DNA of 64,000 nucleotides from Fibrobacterota bacterium (GCA_029557215.1 JAKPQQ010000222.1:18481-82480), one strand, 5' to 3'. Counted from the stretch's first letter, positions 1 to 14,980 are shown. The notes: generated by a model not told the origin, from the letters alone. Program-made: numbers and translations.

Positions 1-1
1 C

Positions 2-358
2 AACGTCGTCAACCAGATGGTCTGCACGGGAATCCTCGCACACCTCGGCATGGAAGCCGTGGCGGTCGCCAACGGACGCGAAGCGCTGGCCGCGCTGGAA
101 AAAGCGCCGTTCGACCTCGTCCTCATGGACATGCAGATGCCGGAAATGGACGGCTTGGAAGCGACCAGGGCGATCCGTTCCCCGGATTCGAAGGTGCTCG
201 ACCACTCGATCCCGATCGTCGCGCTCACGGCCAACGCGATGGCCCGGGACGCGGAGGCCTGCCTGAAGGCGGGAATGGACGGATTCGTCGCCAAGCCCAT
301 CATGCCATCGGCGCTGGAAGACGCGATCCGGAAGCACATGAGAAAACCGGGAACCTGA
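2..358 (+). CDS. C-terminal receiver domain of a hybrid sensor kinase (5' truncated by window edge)
   Basis: Open from base 2 (NVVNQMV...); DLVLMDMQMPEMDG, IVALTANA and KP receiver motifs. Confidence 0.85.
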   Translation, partial: NVVNQMVCTGILAHLGMEAVAVANGREALAALEKAPFDLVLMDMQMPEMDGLEATRAIRSPDSKVLDHSIPIVALTANAMARDAEACLKAGMDGFVAKPIMPSALEDAIRKHMRKPGT

Positions 359-414
359 ATCGGCTTCGCCGATGACGGCAGGATTCCGGAAGACTTGCGG
401 ATCCGGGATTCGCG

Positions 415-451
415 ATCGGCGGAACCGATCGACCGGATCGGAACGTCCGAT
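415..451. promoter_or_regulatory. OxyR-type operator upstream of ahpC
   Basis: ATCG-N7-CGAT-N7-ATCG-N7-CGAT, same spacing as the OxyR ATAG-N7-CTAT-N7-ATAG-N7-CTAT site. Confidence 0.65.
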
Positions 452-530
452 TTCCATTCCAGGCGACTCCGGCGCATCTTCTACTCGTCACCAACGGTGA
501 ACCTGAACAAATCCCAACAAGGAGACGAGA

Positions 531-1094
531 ATGTCGATCATCAACAGCCAAGTTCCTTCGTTCAAGGCCGAGGTCTACCACAACGACGCGTTCCGCACCG
601 TCACGGAAAAGGACATCGCGGGCAAGTGGACCATCTTCTTTTTCTATCCTGCCGACTTCACCTTCGTCTGCCCCACCGAACTGGGCGATCTGGCCGACAA
701 GTACGCCGAACTCCAGAAGATGGGCGTGGAAGTCTACAGCGTGAGCACCGACACCCACTTCGTGCACAAGGCCTGGCACGACGCATCCGATACCATCAAG
801 AAGATCAAGTACCCCATGCTCGCGGATCCCACCGGCGCCCTTTCGCGCGCCTTCGGCGTGCACATCGAGGAAGCCGGCCTCGCCTACCGCGGCACCTTCG
901 TGGTGAGCCCCGAAGGCAAGATCAAGATCGCGGAAATCCACGACAACGGGATCGGCCGCAACGCCGAGGAACTCGTCCGCAAGGTCCAGGCCGCCCAGTT
1001 CGTGGCCAGCCACCCCGGCGAAGTCTGCCCCGCCAAGTGGAAGCCGGGCGCCGCCACCCTCAAGCCGGGCCTGGATCTGGTCGGCAAGATCTGA
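531..1094 (+). CDS. ahpC: Alkyl hydroperoxide reductase C (2-Cys peroxiredoxin)
   Basis: FYPADFTFVCPTE and GEVCPAKW motifs; 187 aa; AGGAG RBS. Confidence 0.97.
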   Translation: MSIINSQVPSFKAEVYHNDAFRTVTEKDIAGKWTIFFFYPADFTFVCPTELGDLADKYAELQKMGVEVYSVSTDTHFVHKAWHDASDTIKKIKYPMLADPTGALSRAFGVHIEEAGLAYRGTFVVSPEGKIKIAEIHDNGIGRNAEELVRKVQAAQFVASHPGEVCPAKWKPGAATLKPGLDLVGKI

Positions 1095-1151
1095 CACATA
1101 TTGGAGCGAACCGGCGGGACGATTAAGTGAAGACACGTTCCGTCGATCGAA

Positions 1152-1190
1152 GCCCCCGGGTTCCGAAAGGGATCCGGGGGTCTTTTTTTC
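1152..1190 (+). terminator. Intrinsic terminator after ahpC
   Basis: CCCCCGGGTTCC-GAAA-GGGATCCGGGGG hairpin followed by a T run. Confidence 0.85.
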
Positions 1191-1214
1191 ACGGACGCGG
1201 CCGGACCGCGGGCG

Positions 1215-1856
1215 TCAGGCCTTGCCGGAGATCTTGCTGACGCAATCCGGACAGATTCCGTGCGAGACCTTGGAACCTCCGTGCTCCTGGATGTACTGCT
1301 CGATCGTTTCCCAACCGCCTTCGTCGTTGCGGATCTTGCGGCACCAGGCGCAGACGGGCACGAGGTTGCGCAATTCCTGGATCTCTTCGCGGGCCCGGCG
1401 CAGCTCCAGGTGCGTGCGGACGCGGGCCAGCAGTTCTTCCGGCTGGAACGGCTTGCCCACGTAGTCGACCGCCCCCGCCTTGAACCCCTTGACCACATCC
1501 TCCGTGCTGGTGCGCGCGGTGATGAAGATCACGGGAATGTTCCTGGTCTCGGAACCGAGCCGCAGCACGGAGCAGGTCTCGTAGCCGTCGATCCCGGGCA
1601 TGTTGACGTCCAGGAGGATCAATCCGGGATGCGCTTCCTTGGCCAGCCGGTTGGCCACCACGCCGTTTTCCGCTTCCATCACCTCGTATCCGTCCTGCTC
1701 CAGCACACCGCGAAGGAGCATGCGGTTGAACTCGAGGTCGTCGGCCACCAGGATGAGTTCCTTCGACACATCCGCCCCCGAAGCACAGGACGCTGCACCC
1801 CCGCCCGACAGGGGTGGCGTTTCTTGGAATTCCGCGGATGGTTCGCTGTCGGACAT
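1215..1856 (-). CDS. Response regulator with C-terminal Cys/His motif domain
   Basis: REC (ILVADD, LLDVNMP, KPF) then CAWC...HGICPDC; start moved to MSDSE. Confidence 0.85.
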   Translation of the reverse strand: MSDSEPSAEFQETPPLSGGGAASCASGADVSKELILVADDLEFNRMLLRGVLEQDGYEVMEAENGVVANRLAKEAHPGLILLDVNMPGIDGYETCSVLRLGSETRNIPVIFITARTSTEDVVKGFKAGAVDYVGKPFQPEELLARVRTHLELRRAREEIQELRNLVPVCAWCRKIRNDEGGWETIEQYIQEHGGSKVSHGICPDCVSKISGKA

Positions 1857-1923
1857 TCGAGGAAAGTATCCCATTTCGAATCGCGCAAGGACGAAGCCTT
1901 TCGAGGTTCGGCTTTGTATATTA

Positions 1924-1939
1924 CTGCTCAATTGAGCAG
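1924..1939. promoter_or_regulatory. Putative LexA (SOS) box upstream of uvrA
   Basis: Perfect palindrome CTGCTCAATTGAGCAG, 38 bp before the uvrA ATG. Confidence 0.65.
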
Positions 1940-1977
1940 AAATTTGTCTGCCATTCCGGAGAGGTCGGCTTTCGCCC

Positions 1978-7368
<5,391 letters not shown>

Positions 7369-7461
7369 GCCTTCCACGGCGCCCGGAGCGTCCATGCGCG
7401 GGTCGCCGGACCGGGAACGGTTTGTGGGTTCTTCCGTTTGTAGGTACTATGCAGGGTACGC

Positions 7462-9765
7462 ATGGAGTTCCCGCTTCCGGAAATCGACATATCGCTGCAT
7501 CCAGGGCTCGTGCCCTCCGGAAGGTGTCCGTTGTCCGGGCGCATCCTTTGGACGCGACCGGAATGGAACACCGACCTGCCCCACTACCAGAACGAGCTCC
7601 GGGTCCTGGCTCCGAACCTGATCGTGGCGCGTTCGCGCGGGTTCATCTACGGCGAAGACACCCTCGCCTACATCCGGCGGTTCGAGAAGCTGCTCGCCGA
7701 GTTCGCTCCCGGCGGCGAAAAGATCTGTTTCATCGAGGACTGGACCGGGATGACCGGCGCCGACACGCTCGCCCGCCGTTCCTACGTCTCCTACCACGTG
7801 CAGCACTCCGATCGCTACCACGGGGTGTCGTTCTTCGGGCTCAACGCCATGACGCGGATGCTGGTGACCTTGAGCCGGCAATTGTCGGCGGTGCCCTTTC
7901 CGCTGGAGACGGGCGGCGACTACGCCGAGGCGATGGACAAGATCCTGCGCATCCTCGGCGCGAAAAAAGGCGAGTTCCAGATCCGCGACACCCTCGCTCC
8001 GCTCCCCCCCGTCCTCCCCCTGCCCGGCGCCATGCTGCGCGGACACGCGAGGCGGTTGGAGGAAATCTTCGGGCGCATCCCGTGGGACCAGGAGGGCGAG
8101 CCACCCAATCCTCTCCCGCCCAAGGATCCGTTCCACAATCTCGTCGCGGGTTGGATCGCGATCAAGGCCGACCTCGACGATCTGCAACGGCGCAGCGAAG
8201 GGCTGGAGCGGAACTTCCGGGCGATCATGGAATCGGCCCAGGAAGGTGTCTGGATCGCCGATTCCGCCGGACGGACGGTCTGGGCCAACGGCACCATGGC
8301 CCAACTCATGGATGTCCCGATCGCCAAGATGTCGCAGCTCAAGCTGTTCGACGCGCTCCCCTCCTCGGTGGTCCGCGAGGCGCACCAGACCACTCTCCCC
8401 GCCTGCGAGCTGCGCCTGTCGCGGCCGGGCGGCACGGCCATCTGGGTGCTCGTGGCCGCCGGACCGGTCCCGCCGGACATGGACGGGACCGGCGGGATCT
8501 ACGCGATCTGCACCGACATCACGGAACGCCGCGAATCCGAGACCGAAGTCCGGCGCCTGAACGAGGTGCTCGAACAGCGCGTCGAGGAACGGACGGCCGA
8601 ACTCGCGGCATCCAACCAAAAACTGGCCGACTCCCTGAAGGGACGCGAAGAATTCCTGGCCGCCATGAGCCACGAGCTGCGCACCCCGCTGGCGACCATG
8701 CTCAACGTGGCGGAAGCCATGCGCGCCGGCGTGCACGGAGAGCTTTCGCCGCGCCAGGACGAACGCCTCGCCCTGCTGGAGCGCAACGGCAGGCACCTCC
8801 AGTCGCTCATCGACGACGTGCTCGACCTCTCCAAGAACATCGCGGGCAACTTCGCGCTGAACCTGGAACCGACCGATCTTTCCGAGCTCGCGCGCCAATG
8901 CGTCTCGTCCATCCACGGCACCGCCGCGGAGCGAACGATTTCCGTCCATTCCGACATCCCGACCGGACCGGTGGTCGCCGACGTCGACCCGCTGAGGGTC
9001 CGGCAGATCCTGTTGAACCTGCTTTCCAACGCCTGCAAGTTCACCCCGCCCGGCTCGGCCATGGGACTGCGGCTGCTCCCCCGACCGGAAGACGACTTGG
9101 TCGTGTTCGAAGTCTGGGACCAGGGCCCGGGGATTTCGCCGCTGGTGCGGCACAAGCTGTTCCAGCCCTTCGTCCAGCTCGACAACAGCCTGGCGCGCGA
9201 GCACGGCGGCGTCGGACTGGGCCTGGCCTTGAGCCGCAGGCTGGCCCAAGCCCACCACGGCACGATCGAACTCGACGCGGAATCCCGCGAAGGAGCGGTC
9301 TTCCGCTTGACCCTCCCGTGGACGCGCGACGAGAACCAGGTCCTGACGATCGCGCGCAAGACCACCGCCATCGCCCGCAACGAATCGGTCGGGCCGATTG
9401 TCCTCCTGGTGGAAGACAACCAGGACCTGCGCGAAACCGTGGCCGAATACCTCTCGTCCGTGGGCTGGCAGGTGCATGCAGCGGCCGGAGGCCTCGAAGC
9501 CCTGTGCCTGTTCGAGACCCAGGCCTTCGATGTCGTCCTGATAGACATCCAGATGCCGGGCATGGACGGGCTGGAAACGATCCGGCGGCTGCGCACCACC
9601 CCCGCCGGCAAGGCGGCGAAGATCGTGGCGATGTCGGGGCTGGCCTTTCCCGAGGACAAGGAACGGGCGCTCGTCGCCGGCGCCGACCTGCATTTGTCGA
9701 AGCCCGTCCGGCTGCACAGCCTGGTGGACGTGCTGTCCGGATTCGCGAGGGCGGTCGGTAGCTGA
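7462..9765 (+). CDS. Cytoplasmic hybrid sensor histidine kinase (unknown N-domain, PAS, HisKA, HATPase, REC)
   Basis: MSHELRTPL H-box, NLLSNACKFT, GGVGLGL, C-terminal REC. Confidence 0.92.
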   Translation: MEFPLPEIDISLHPGLVPSGRCPLSGRILWTRPEWNTDLPHYQNELRVLAPNLIVARSRGFIYGEDTLAYIRRFEKLLAEFAPGGEKICFIEDWTGMTGADTLARRSYVSYHVQHSDRYHGVSFFGLNAMTRMLVTLSRQLSAVPFPLETGGDYAEAMDKILRILGAKKGEFQIRDTLAPLPPVLPLPGAMLRGHARRLEEIFGRIPWDQEGEPPNPLPPKDPFHNLVAGWIAIKADLDDLQRRSEGLERNFRAIMESAQEGVWIADSAGRTVWANGTMAQLMDVPIAKMSQLKLFDALPSSVVREAHQTTLPACELRLSRPGGTAIWVLVAAGPVPPDMDGTGGIYAICTDITERRESETEVRRLNEVLEQRVEERTAELAASNQKLADSLKGREEFLAAMSHELRTPLATMLNVAEAMRAGVHGELSPRQDERLALLERNGRHLQSLIDDVLDLSKNIAGNFALNLEPTDLSELARQCVSSIHGTAAERTISVHSDIPTGPVVADVDPLRVRQILLNLLSNACKFTPPGSAMGLRLLPRPEDDLVVFEVWDQGPGISPLVRHKLFQPFVQLDNSLAREHGGVGLGLALSRRLAQAHHGTIELDAESREGAVFRLTLPWTRDENQVLTIARKTTAIARNESVGPIVLLVEDNQDLRETVAEYLSSVGWQVHAAAGGLEALCLFETQAFDVVLIDIQMPGMDGLETIRRLRTTPAGKAAKIVAMSGLAFPEDKERALVAGADLHLSKPVRLHSLVDVLSGFARAVGS

Positions 9766-9825
9766 AACGCCCTTGTCCCCCCGGATCCTCGACAGACTAG
9801 GTTTCCCGCCCATGGAGACCCTCCT

Positions 9826-10347
9826 TTGAGCACGGCATCGTCGTTGTCGCCCGCCGCCTCCCAGTTCGTGGAAAGCTGGGGATCGCTGGGCGTGCTGTGG
9901 GGCCTGAACCGCTCCATGGCCCGCATCCACGCGCTGTTTCTGGTCACCGACGAACCCGTGGAGCTGGACCAGGTCGCGAAGGTCCTGAACATCAGCCGCG
10001 GCAACGCGAGCATGTGCCTCAAGGAACTGCGCAACTGGGGAGTGATCCAGCGCGTCCACAAGCCGGCCGACCGGCAGGACTACTACGTCGCCGAACCCGA
10101 CGTGTGGACCACGTTCTTCCGCATCGCCGTGGAACGCAAGAAGCGCGAATTCGATCCGGCCCTGAACAACCTCCGACATCTTCTGTCGGAAGAGGACTTC
10201 AGCGATTCCCCCAAGACCCAAAAACGCCTGGAAGACATGGAAGACCTGTTCTCCACGGCCAACACGATCCTCGGATCGCTGCTGTCCAACGAGAAGACCG
10301 GCCGCAAGGCGGTGGGTCTGCTGAAGCGGGTCCTGCCCAAGGGCTGA
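9826..10347 (+). CDS. GbsR/MarR-family transcriptional regulator
   Basis: WGLNRSMARIHALF and ISRGNASMCLKELRNWG winged-helix motifs; TTG start after GGAG. Confidence 0.85.
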   Translation: MSTASSLSPAASQFVESWGSLGVLWGLNRSMARIHALFLVTDEPVELDQVAKVLNISRGNASMCLKELRNWGVIQRVHKPADRQDYYVAEPDVWTTFFRIAVERKKREFDPALNNLRHLLSEEDFSDSPKTQKRLEDMEDLFSTANTILGSLLSNEKTGRKAVGLLKRVLPKG

Positions 10348-10445
10348 CGACCGCTCCCGGCCCCGTCCGCAAGCCATCCCAGTGTCGGCAAGGACCGGAT
10401 TCCCAAAGAAATCCGAAAGAGTTCTTGCGTTTTTGGTTCAAATGT

Positions 10446-10461
10446 TTCAGTTTATACTGAA
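10446..10461. promoter_or_regulatory. Palindromic operator, probably for the adjacent GbsR-like regulator
   Basis: TTCAGT-TTAT-ACTGAA inverted repeat overlapping a TATACT -10 hexamer. Confidence 0.55.
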
Positions 10462-10486
10462 CGATCCATTTGCACAGGAGGAATCA

Positions 10487-10978
10487 ATGCGCACCAAAAC
10501 CTCGTTTCCGGACAGCGAACGAACCGGGCAGGCCGCCTGGATCCTGACCGCGCTCGGCGTCGTCCACATTCCTTTGATCGCGTTCCATTTGGCTTTCCCT
10601 ACGCTGTTCCAATGGGGTACGGAGCTGTCGGTGCTCGCCCCCGACAACCGCAACCTGTTGTGGGCCCTGCATCTTTGCGGCATCTTCTGGCTGGGCAGCA
10701 TGGGAGCAGCCACGCTGATGGAGGGTTGGCGGCGGCGGACAGGCCTCGACGAGGCCATGCCCAGGGCGTTTTGGATCTGGGTCGCCGGATTCTGGCTCTT
10801 CCGCATCGGCATCCAGATCCCGATCGAAGGGCTTGGACCCCAGAGCTTGGCCATGGTCGCCTTGCTGCTTCCGTTCCCGCTACTCTATCTGGTGGCCTGG
10901 AAGAAACTCGGCCCGGAAACCTTCGAAACGCGAGGGTTCGTCGGCGCGCGACTGCGTCCCGAAAGCTGGCTGCGCTGA
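10487..10978 (+). CDS. Hypothetical integral membrane protein (about 4 TM)
   Basis: AGGAGG RBS before ATG; hydrophobic segments. Confidence 0.75.
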   Translation: MRTKTSFPDSERTGQAAWILTALGVVHIPLIAFHLAFPTLFQWGTELSVLAPDNRNLLWALHLCGIFWLGSMGAATLMEGWRRRTGLDEAMPRAFWIWVAGFWLFRIGIQIPIEGLGPQSLAMVALLLPFPLLYLVAWKKLGPETFETRGFVGARLRPESWLR

Positions 10979-11026
10979 ACCACGCCCCCGCGTCCCGGAA
11001 GGAATTCCCGGTCCGCTGAAGCCCGG

Positions 11027-13504
11027 TCAGCCCTGTTCCGGATCCTGCATGGGAAAGATCGTCTCCAGCAGGTTGGCGGCTTCCGCCGCGGGAACCGGCT
11101 TGCTGAACAGGAACCCCTGGCCGTAGCGGCAACCCATCGCCCTCAGGCCGGCCAGCTGGGCCGTCGTCTCGATGCCTTCGGCGACGGCTTCCATGCCCAG
11201 GCTCTTGGCCAGCTGCACGATCGTCTTCACGATGGCCACGCGTTCGGGCGCTTCGGACATGCGCGACACGAAGGAGCGGTCGATCTTGAGCGTGTCGAAC
11301 GGGAACTGGTGCAGGTAGGAAAGCGAACTGTAGCCGGTCCCGAAATCGTCGATGGACAACTGCGCGCCCAGATCGTGGAGTTCGTGGAGCTTGTCGGTGG
11401 CCAGCGCGGTGCTCTCCAGGATGACGGATTCCGTGATCTCGAGCTTGAGCGCCTCGCCGGGGAGCCCCGTGTCGAACAGGATGGTCCGCACCTGGTCGAC
11501 GATGTCCGGCAAGGTGAACTGGCGCACCGAAAGGTTGACGGAAATGAACAGATCCTGGGCGCGCGGGCACTTGTGGCGCCACTCCACGAACTGCCGGCAG
11601 GATTCGCGCAGCACGTAGCGCCCGATCTCCACGATCAGCCCGGTTTCTTCCGCCAGCGGGATGAACACCGCGGGATTGACGATCCCCTTTTCCGGATTCT
11701 GCCAGCGCACCAGGGCTTCGAACCCGGCGACGGCACCGGTGGCGATCTCGAGGATGGGCTGGTAGTAGACGCGGAATTCCTCGCGCTCCACGGCGCGACG
11801 CAGGCTGGTCTCCAGCTGCAGATGCGCCGCGGCGAACTCGTGCATCCCCTGGTTGAACACCACATGGCGGCCCTTGCCCTGCGACTTGGCGCGGTACATG
11901 GCGGTTTCGGCGTCGCGAAGCAGATCTTCGGGATGGTCCTGCTGGCGCTCCGACACCGCGATGCCGATCGAGAGCGAAACGAAGACCTCCTGGCTGCGGA
12001 TGCGGATGGGCTGCGAGAGCCTCTGGACGATCCGCTCGGCCATGCGCGGGAACACGTTGAGGTCCTGGTAGCCTTCCATGAGGATCGCGAATTCGTCGCC
12101 ACCCAGGCGGGCCAAGGTGTCCCGGGCATGCAGGCAGTCCTCCAGCGCGCGGCCCACGGCGAGGATCAGCTCGTCGCCCGCCTCGTGCCCCAGGCTGTCG
12201 TTGATCAGCTTGAACCGGTCGATGTCCAGATGCAGCACGCCCACGTACTGGCCGCCCGGCGACTTCTGCGAACGCTGGATGGCTCGACGCAATCTGTCCA
12301 GGAACAGGGCGCGGTTGGGGAATCCCGTGAGGGAGTCGTAGAGGGCTCCCTGCATCAATTGCTCTTCGGCGCGCTTGCGCTGCGTGATGTCCTCCAGCGA
12401 ACCAGCCATGCGGTCGGGATTGCCGTCCTCCCCCGGGCGCATCATCCCGCGCGACAACACCCACCGGTAGGCCCCGTCGCTGTGCAGGATCCGGAACTCG
12501 CATTCGAAGTGCGGCGCCTGGCCCGCCAGATGCGAGGCGATCTCCTGCCTCAGAAGATCCGAATCCCTCGGGTGGACGCGGTCGAACCATTCCTCGGGTC
12601 GCCCTTCGAGCAGCCCGGCGTCCATGCCCATGATCTGGGCCCAGCGGGGACTGTAGTACATCCTCTGCTCCCGGAGATCCCACTCCCAGAGCCCGCCGTT
12701 GGACCCGGCCGCGGCCAGCGCGTAGCGTTCTTCGGATCGGCGCAGGGCGTCCTGGGTCCGGCGGCGCTTGGTCACGTCCTCGACCGTGCCCTCGTAGAAC
12801 AAGGTCTTTCCCTGCGACGATCGCACCGCATGGGCGTTCTCGCTGACCCAGATCTCCGACTTGTCGCGGCGTTTGACCCGAGACTCGAAATCCTTGACGT
12901 CGCCGTCCCGCTCCAGCTGCTCCCTGAGGCTGCGGAACGTTTCCGGATCGGCGTAGACGTCCTTGGAAGCGTCCTTCACCGAATGGATGAGCTGCATGGG
13001 GTTGTCGTAGCCCAGGATGCGGGCGAGAGCCGGATTGGCCGACAGGAACCGTCCATCCGTACCGGATTGGTAGATGCCTTCCACGGCGTTCTCGAAGATG
13101 CCGCGATACTTTTCTTCGGCGAACCGGAGCGCTTCTTCCGCGATCTTGAACCGCGTCACGTCCTGGGCCTGGAGCAGGATTCCCTTCAGATCGGGCTCTC
13201 CCAGGCTCGCGAGCACGGCTTCCACGTTTAGCCAGGTGCCTTGGGAGTGTTTCAGGCGGAACTCGCAACGAATGACGCTGCCCGGATAGGGAGCCACGTG
13301 CGACACCTGCCGCAGGACCTCCGCGGCGTCGTCCGGGTGCAGGAGGTCTTCCAGCCTCAGCTTCCGGACGGCATCCGGAGCGTAGCCGAGTTTTCTCTCG
13401 AAGGCCACACCGACATCCTTCACGTGCCCGTCCCCGTCGAGGAGGGCCCAGATCTCGGAGGTTCCCTGGAGAACCCGTTCATGGAGAGCGGTCAGGAAAG
13501 TCAT
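11027..13504 (-). CDS. PAS x3 - GGDEF - EAL diguanylate cyclase/phosphodiesterase
   Basis: RLGGDEF, FEALVRW, DDFGTGYSSL, LKIDRSF; start uncertain (13504 or 13534). Confidence 0.92.
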   Translation of the reverse strand: MTFLTALHERVLQGTSEIWALLDGDGHVKDVGVAFERKLGYAPDAVRKLRLEDLLHPDDAAEVLRQVSHVAPYPGSVIRCEFRLKHSQGTWLNVEAVLASLGEPDLKGILLQAQDVTRFKIAEEALRFAEEKYRGIFENAVEGIYQSGTDGRFLSANPALARILGYDNPMQLIHSVKDASKDVYADPETFRSLREQLERDGDVKDFESRVKRRDKSEIWVSENAHAVRSSQGKTLFYEGTVEDVTKRRRTQDALRRSEERYALAAAGSNGGLWEWDLREQRMYYSPRWAQIMGMDAGLLEGRPEEWFDRVHPRDSDLLRQEIASHLAGQAPHFECEFRILHSDGAYRWVLSRGMMRPGEDGNPDRMAGSLEDITQRKRAEEQLMQGALYDSLTGFPNRALFLDRLRRAIQRSQKSPGGQYVGVLHLDIDRFKLINDSLGHEAGDELILAVGRALEDCLHARDTLARLGGDEFAILMEGYQDLNVFPRMAERIVQRLSQPIRIRSQEVFVSLSIGIAVSERQQDHPEDLLRDAETAMYRAKSQGKGRHVVFNQGMHEFAAAHLQLETSLRRAVEREEFRVYYQPILEIATGAVAGFEALVRWQNPEKGIVNPAVFIPLAEETGLIVEIGRYVLRESCRQFVEWRHKCPRAQDLFISVNLSVRQFTLPDIVDQVRTILFDTGLPGEALKLEITESVILESTALATDKLHELHDLGAQLSIDDFGTGYSSLSYLHQFPFDTLKIDRSFVSRMSEAPERVAIVKTIVQLAKSLGMEAVAEGIETTAQLAGLRAMGCRYGQGFLFSKPVPAAEAANLLETIFPMQDPEQG

Positions 13505-13537
13505 CGTTCTGGCATCGACCTTACCATATTTCAATCC

Positions 13538-14383
13538 ATGAAGCCAAACAAACCCACCAAAAGGTTCCTGACCCTGCTTCCACTCCTCGCGCTGACCATG
13601 TCGCTGAACCAGTGTTCATGCAGCGACACGCTCGGTTCGCTGTTCGTGACCGAACGCGACGAACAGACCATCGGCGCCCAGTTCAACTCGGAACTTCTCG
13701 CGAAACCTTCCGAATACCCGATCTACAAGGCGACGACCGCGCGCCAGATCGAATTCGAGGACTACGTCCAGCGCGTCTTCAGGAAGGTGGTCGACAACGT
13801 ACCGGCCGAACAGAAGCCCGCGTACGACTTCCATGTCGCGATCATCGACCAGAACGTGGAGAACGCCTTCGCCGTGCCGGGCGGCTACGTGTACATCTAC
13901 ACGGGCATCATCAACAGCATGCAGTCCGAGTCGGAACTCGCCGGAGTCCTGGCCCACGAGATCGCCCACATCACCCAGCACCACTACCGCGACGCCATGA
14001 TGAAGACCACCGGGATCGCGTTGGTGGTCGAAGCCCTGGCCGGCAGCGACTCCAGCGTGCTCAAGAGCGCGGTGAAGGGGATGTTCACCCAGCTCGCGGC
14101 CCTCAAGGTCAGCCGCTCCAACGAAGACGAGGCCGACGCCTTCGGCACGCGCTACCTCGGATACTCCGGTTGGGACCCGTACGGCATCGCCGATTTCTTC
14201 TCGCGCATGCAGTCCGGCGGCATCAGTTGGCTGTCCACCCACCCCGATCCTGCCGCGCGCGTCCAGAACGTGAAGGACCTGGTCTACAAGGAAGGCATGG
14301 GTCAAGAGGGCCAACCCGCCTGGAACACCGGCGCGAAGAACACGATCGAATTCAACGCCCAGAAGACCAACATGCGCAACTGA
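13538..14383 (+). CDS. M48-family metallopeptidase, probable lipoprotein
   Basis: NAFAVPGG, LAHEIAH (HExxH), EDEAD, LSTHP; signal peptide ending in Cys. Confidence 0.9.
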   Translation: MKPNKPTKRFLTLLPLLALTMSLNQCSCSDTLGSLFVTERDEQTIGAQFNSELLAKPSEYPIYKATTARQIEFEDYVQRVFRKVVDNVPAEQKPAYDFHVAIIDQNVENAFAVPGGYVYIYTGIINSMQSESELAGVLAHEIAHITQHHYRDAMMKTTGIALVVEALAGSDSSVLKSAVKGMFTQLAALKVSRSNEDEADAFGTRYLGYSGWDPYGIADFFSRMQSGGISWLSTHPDPAARVQNVKDLVYKEGMGQEGQPAWNTGAKNTIEFNAQKTNMRN

Positions 14384-14487
14384 TTCCCGGGACGGCCTCG
14401 GGCAGTTCGCCCGAAGCCGGAACGAATCGTTCCGGTTTTTTGGCGATCGCAGATCTTGTCAGACAATTTCCGGAAGCGACGAGCGAC

Positions 14488-14503
14488 TGGCACCGGCTTC
14501 GCT
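14488..14503 (+). promoter_or_regulatory. Sigma54-like promoter
   Basis: TGGCACCGGCTTCGCT (GG-N10-GC). Confidence 0.55.
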
Positions 14504-14587
14504 ATTTCCCGGTCCCGTCTCCACGAGACGGGTGCCCTTTCCAGCAGGACCTGGCGCTCTCCAAACATCCTTCAAGGAACCACGACA

Positions 14588-14815
14588 ATGAAGAAGCTCG
14601 CCCTCCTCGCCGCCCTCGCCTTCGCCGCCGCTTCCTTCGCGCAGGAAGCCCCTGCCGCCGCGCCCGCCGCCACCGAAGCTCCCGCCGTGGCAGCTCCCGC
14701 GGCCGAGGCCCCCGCCGCGGAAGCTCCTGCCGCCGAGAAGAAGGTCGAGAAGAAGGCCAAGAAGGCGAAGAAGACCAAGAAGGCCAAGGTCGACAGCGCC
14801 GCCGTCGCCAACTAA
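14588..14815 (+). CDS. Small secreted Ala/Pro/Glu-repeat protein with Lys-rich tail
   Basis: AAGGA RBS, signal peptide MKKLALLAALAFAAASFA|Q, EAPAA repeats, KKAKK tail. Confidence 0.8.
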   Translation: MKKLALLAALAFAAASFAQEAPAAAPAATEAPAVAAPAAEAPAAEAPAAEKKVEKKAKKAKKTKKAKVDSAAVAN

Positions 14816-14850
14816 GCCCAGCTGCGCGCTCCTGCGCGCAGGCAGGCATC

Positions 14851-14882
14851 GGGACGATTCCATCCTTGGAATCGTCCCTTTT
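14851..14882 (+). terminator. Intrinsic terminator
   Basis: GGGACGATTCCA-TCCT-TGGAATCGTCCC followed by TTTT. Confidence 0.85.
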
Positions 14883-14980
14883 CGTATCCATCACCCAAAG
14901 GACAAGGATGACCGGAGGAGCCGGAATTCGACCGTTAGCTTCGAGTCGGTTCCCGGCGACCTTCCGCGGCGGCCGGAGAC

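Noticed and set aside
14640..14790. Short tandem repeats as a CRISPR or repeat array
   Set aside because: They are codon repeats for EAPAA and KKAK; no spacers and no cas genes
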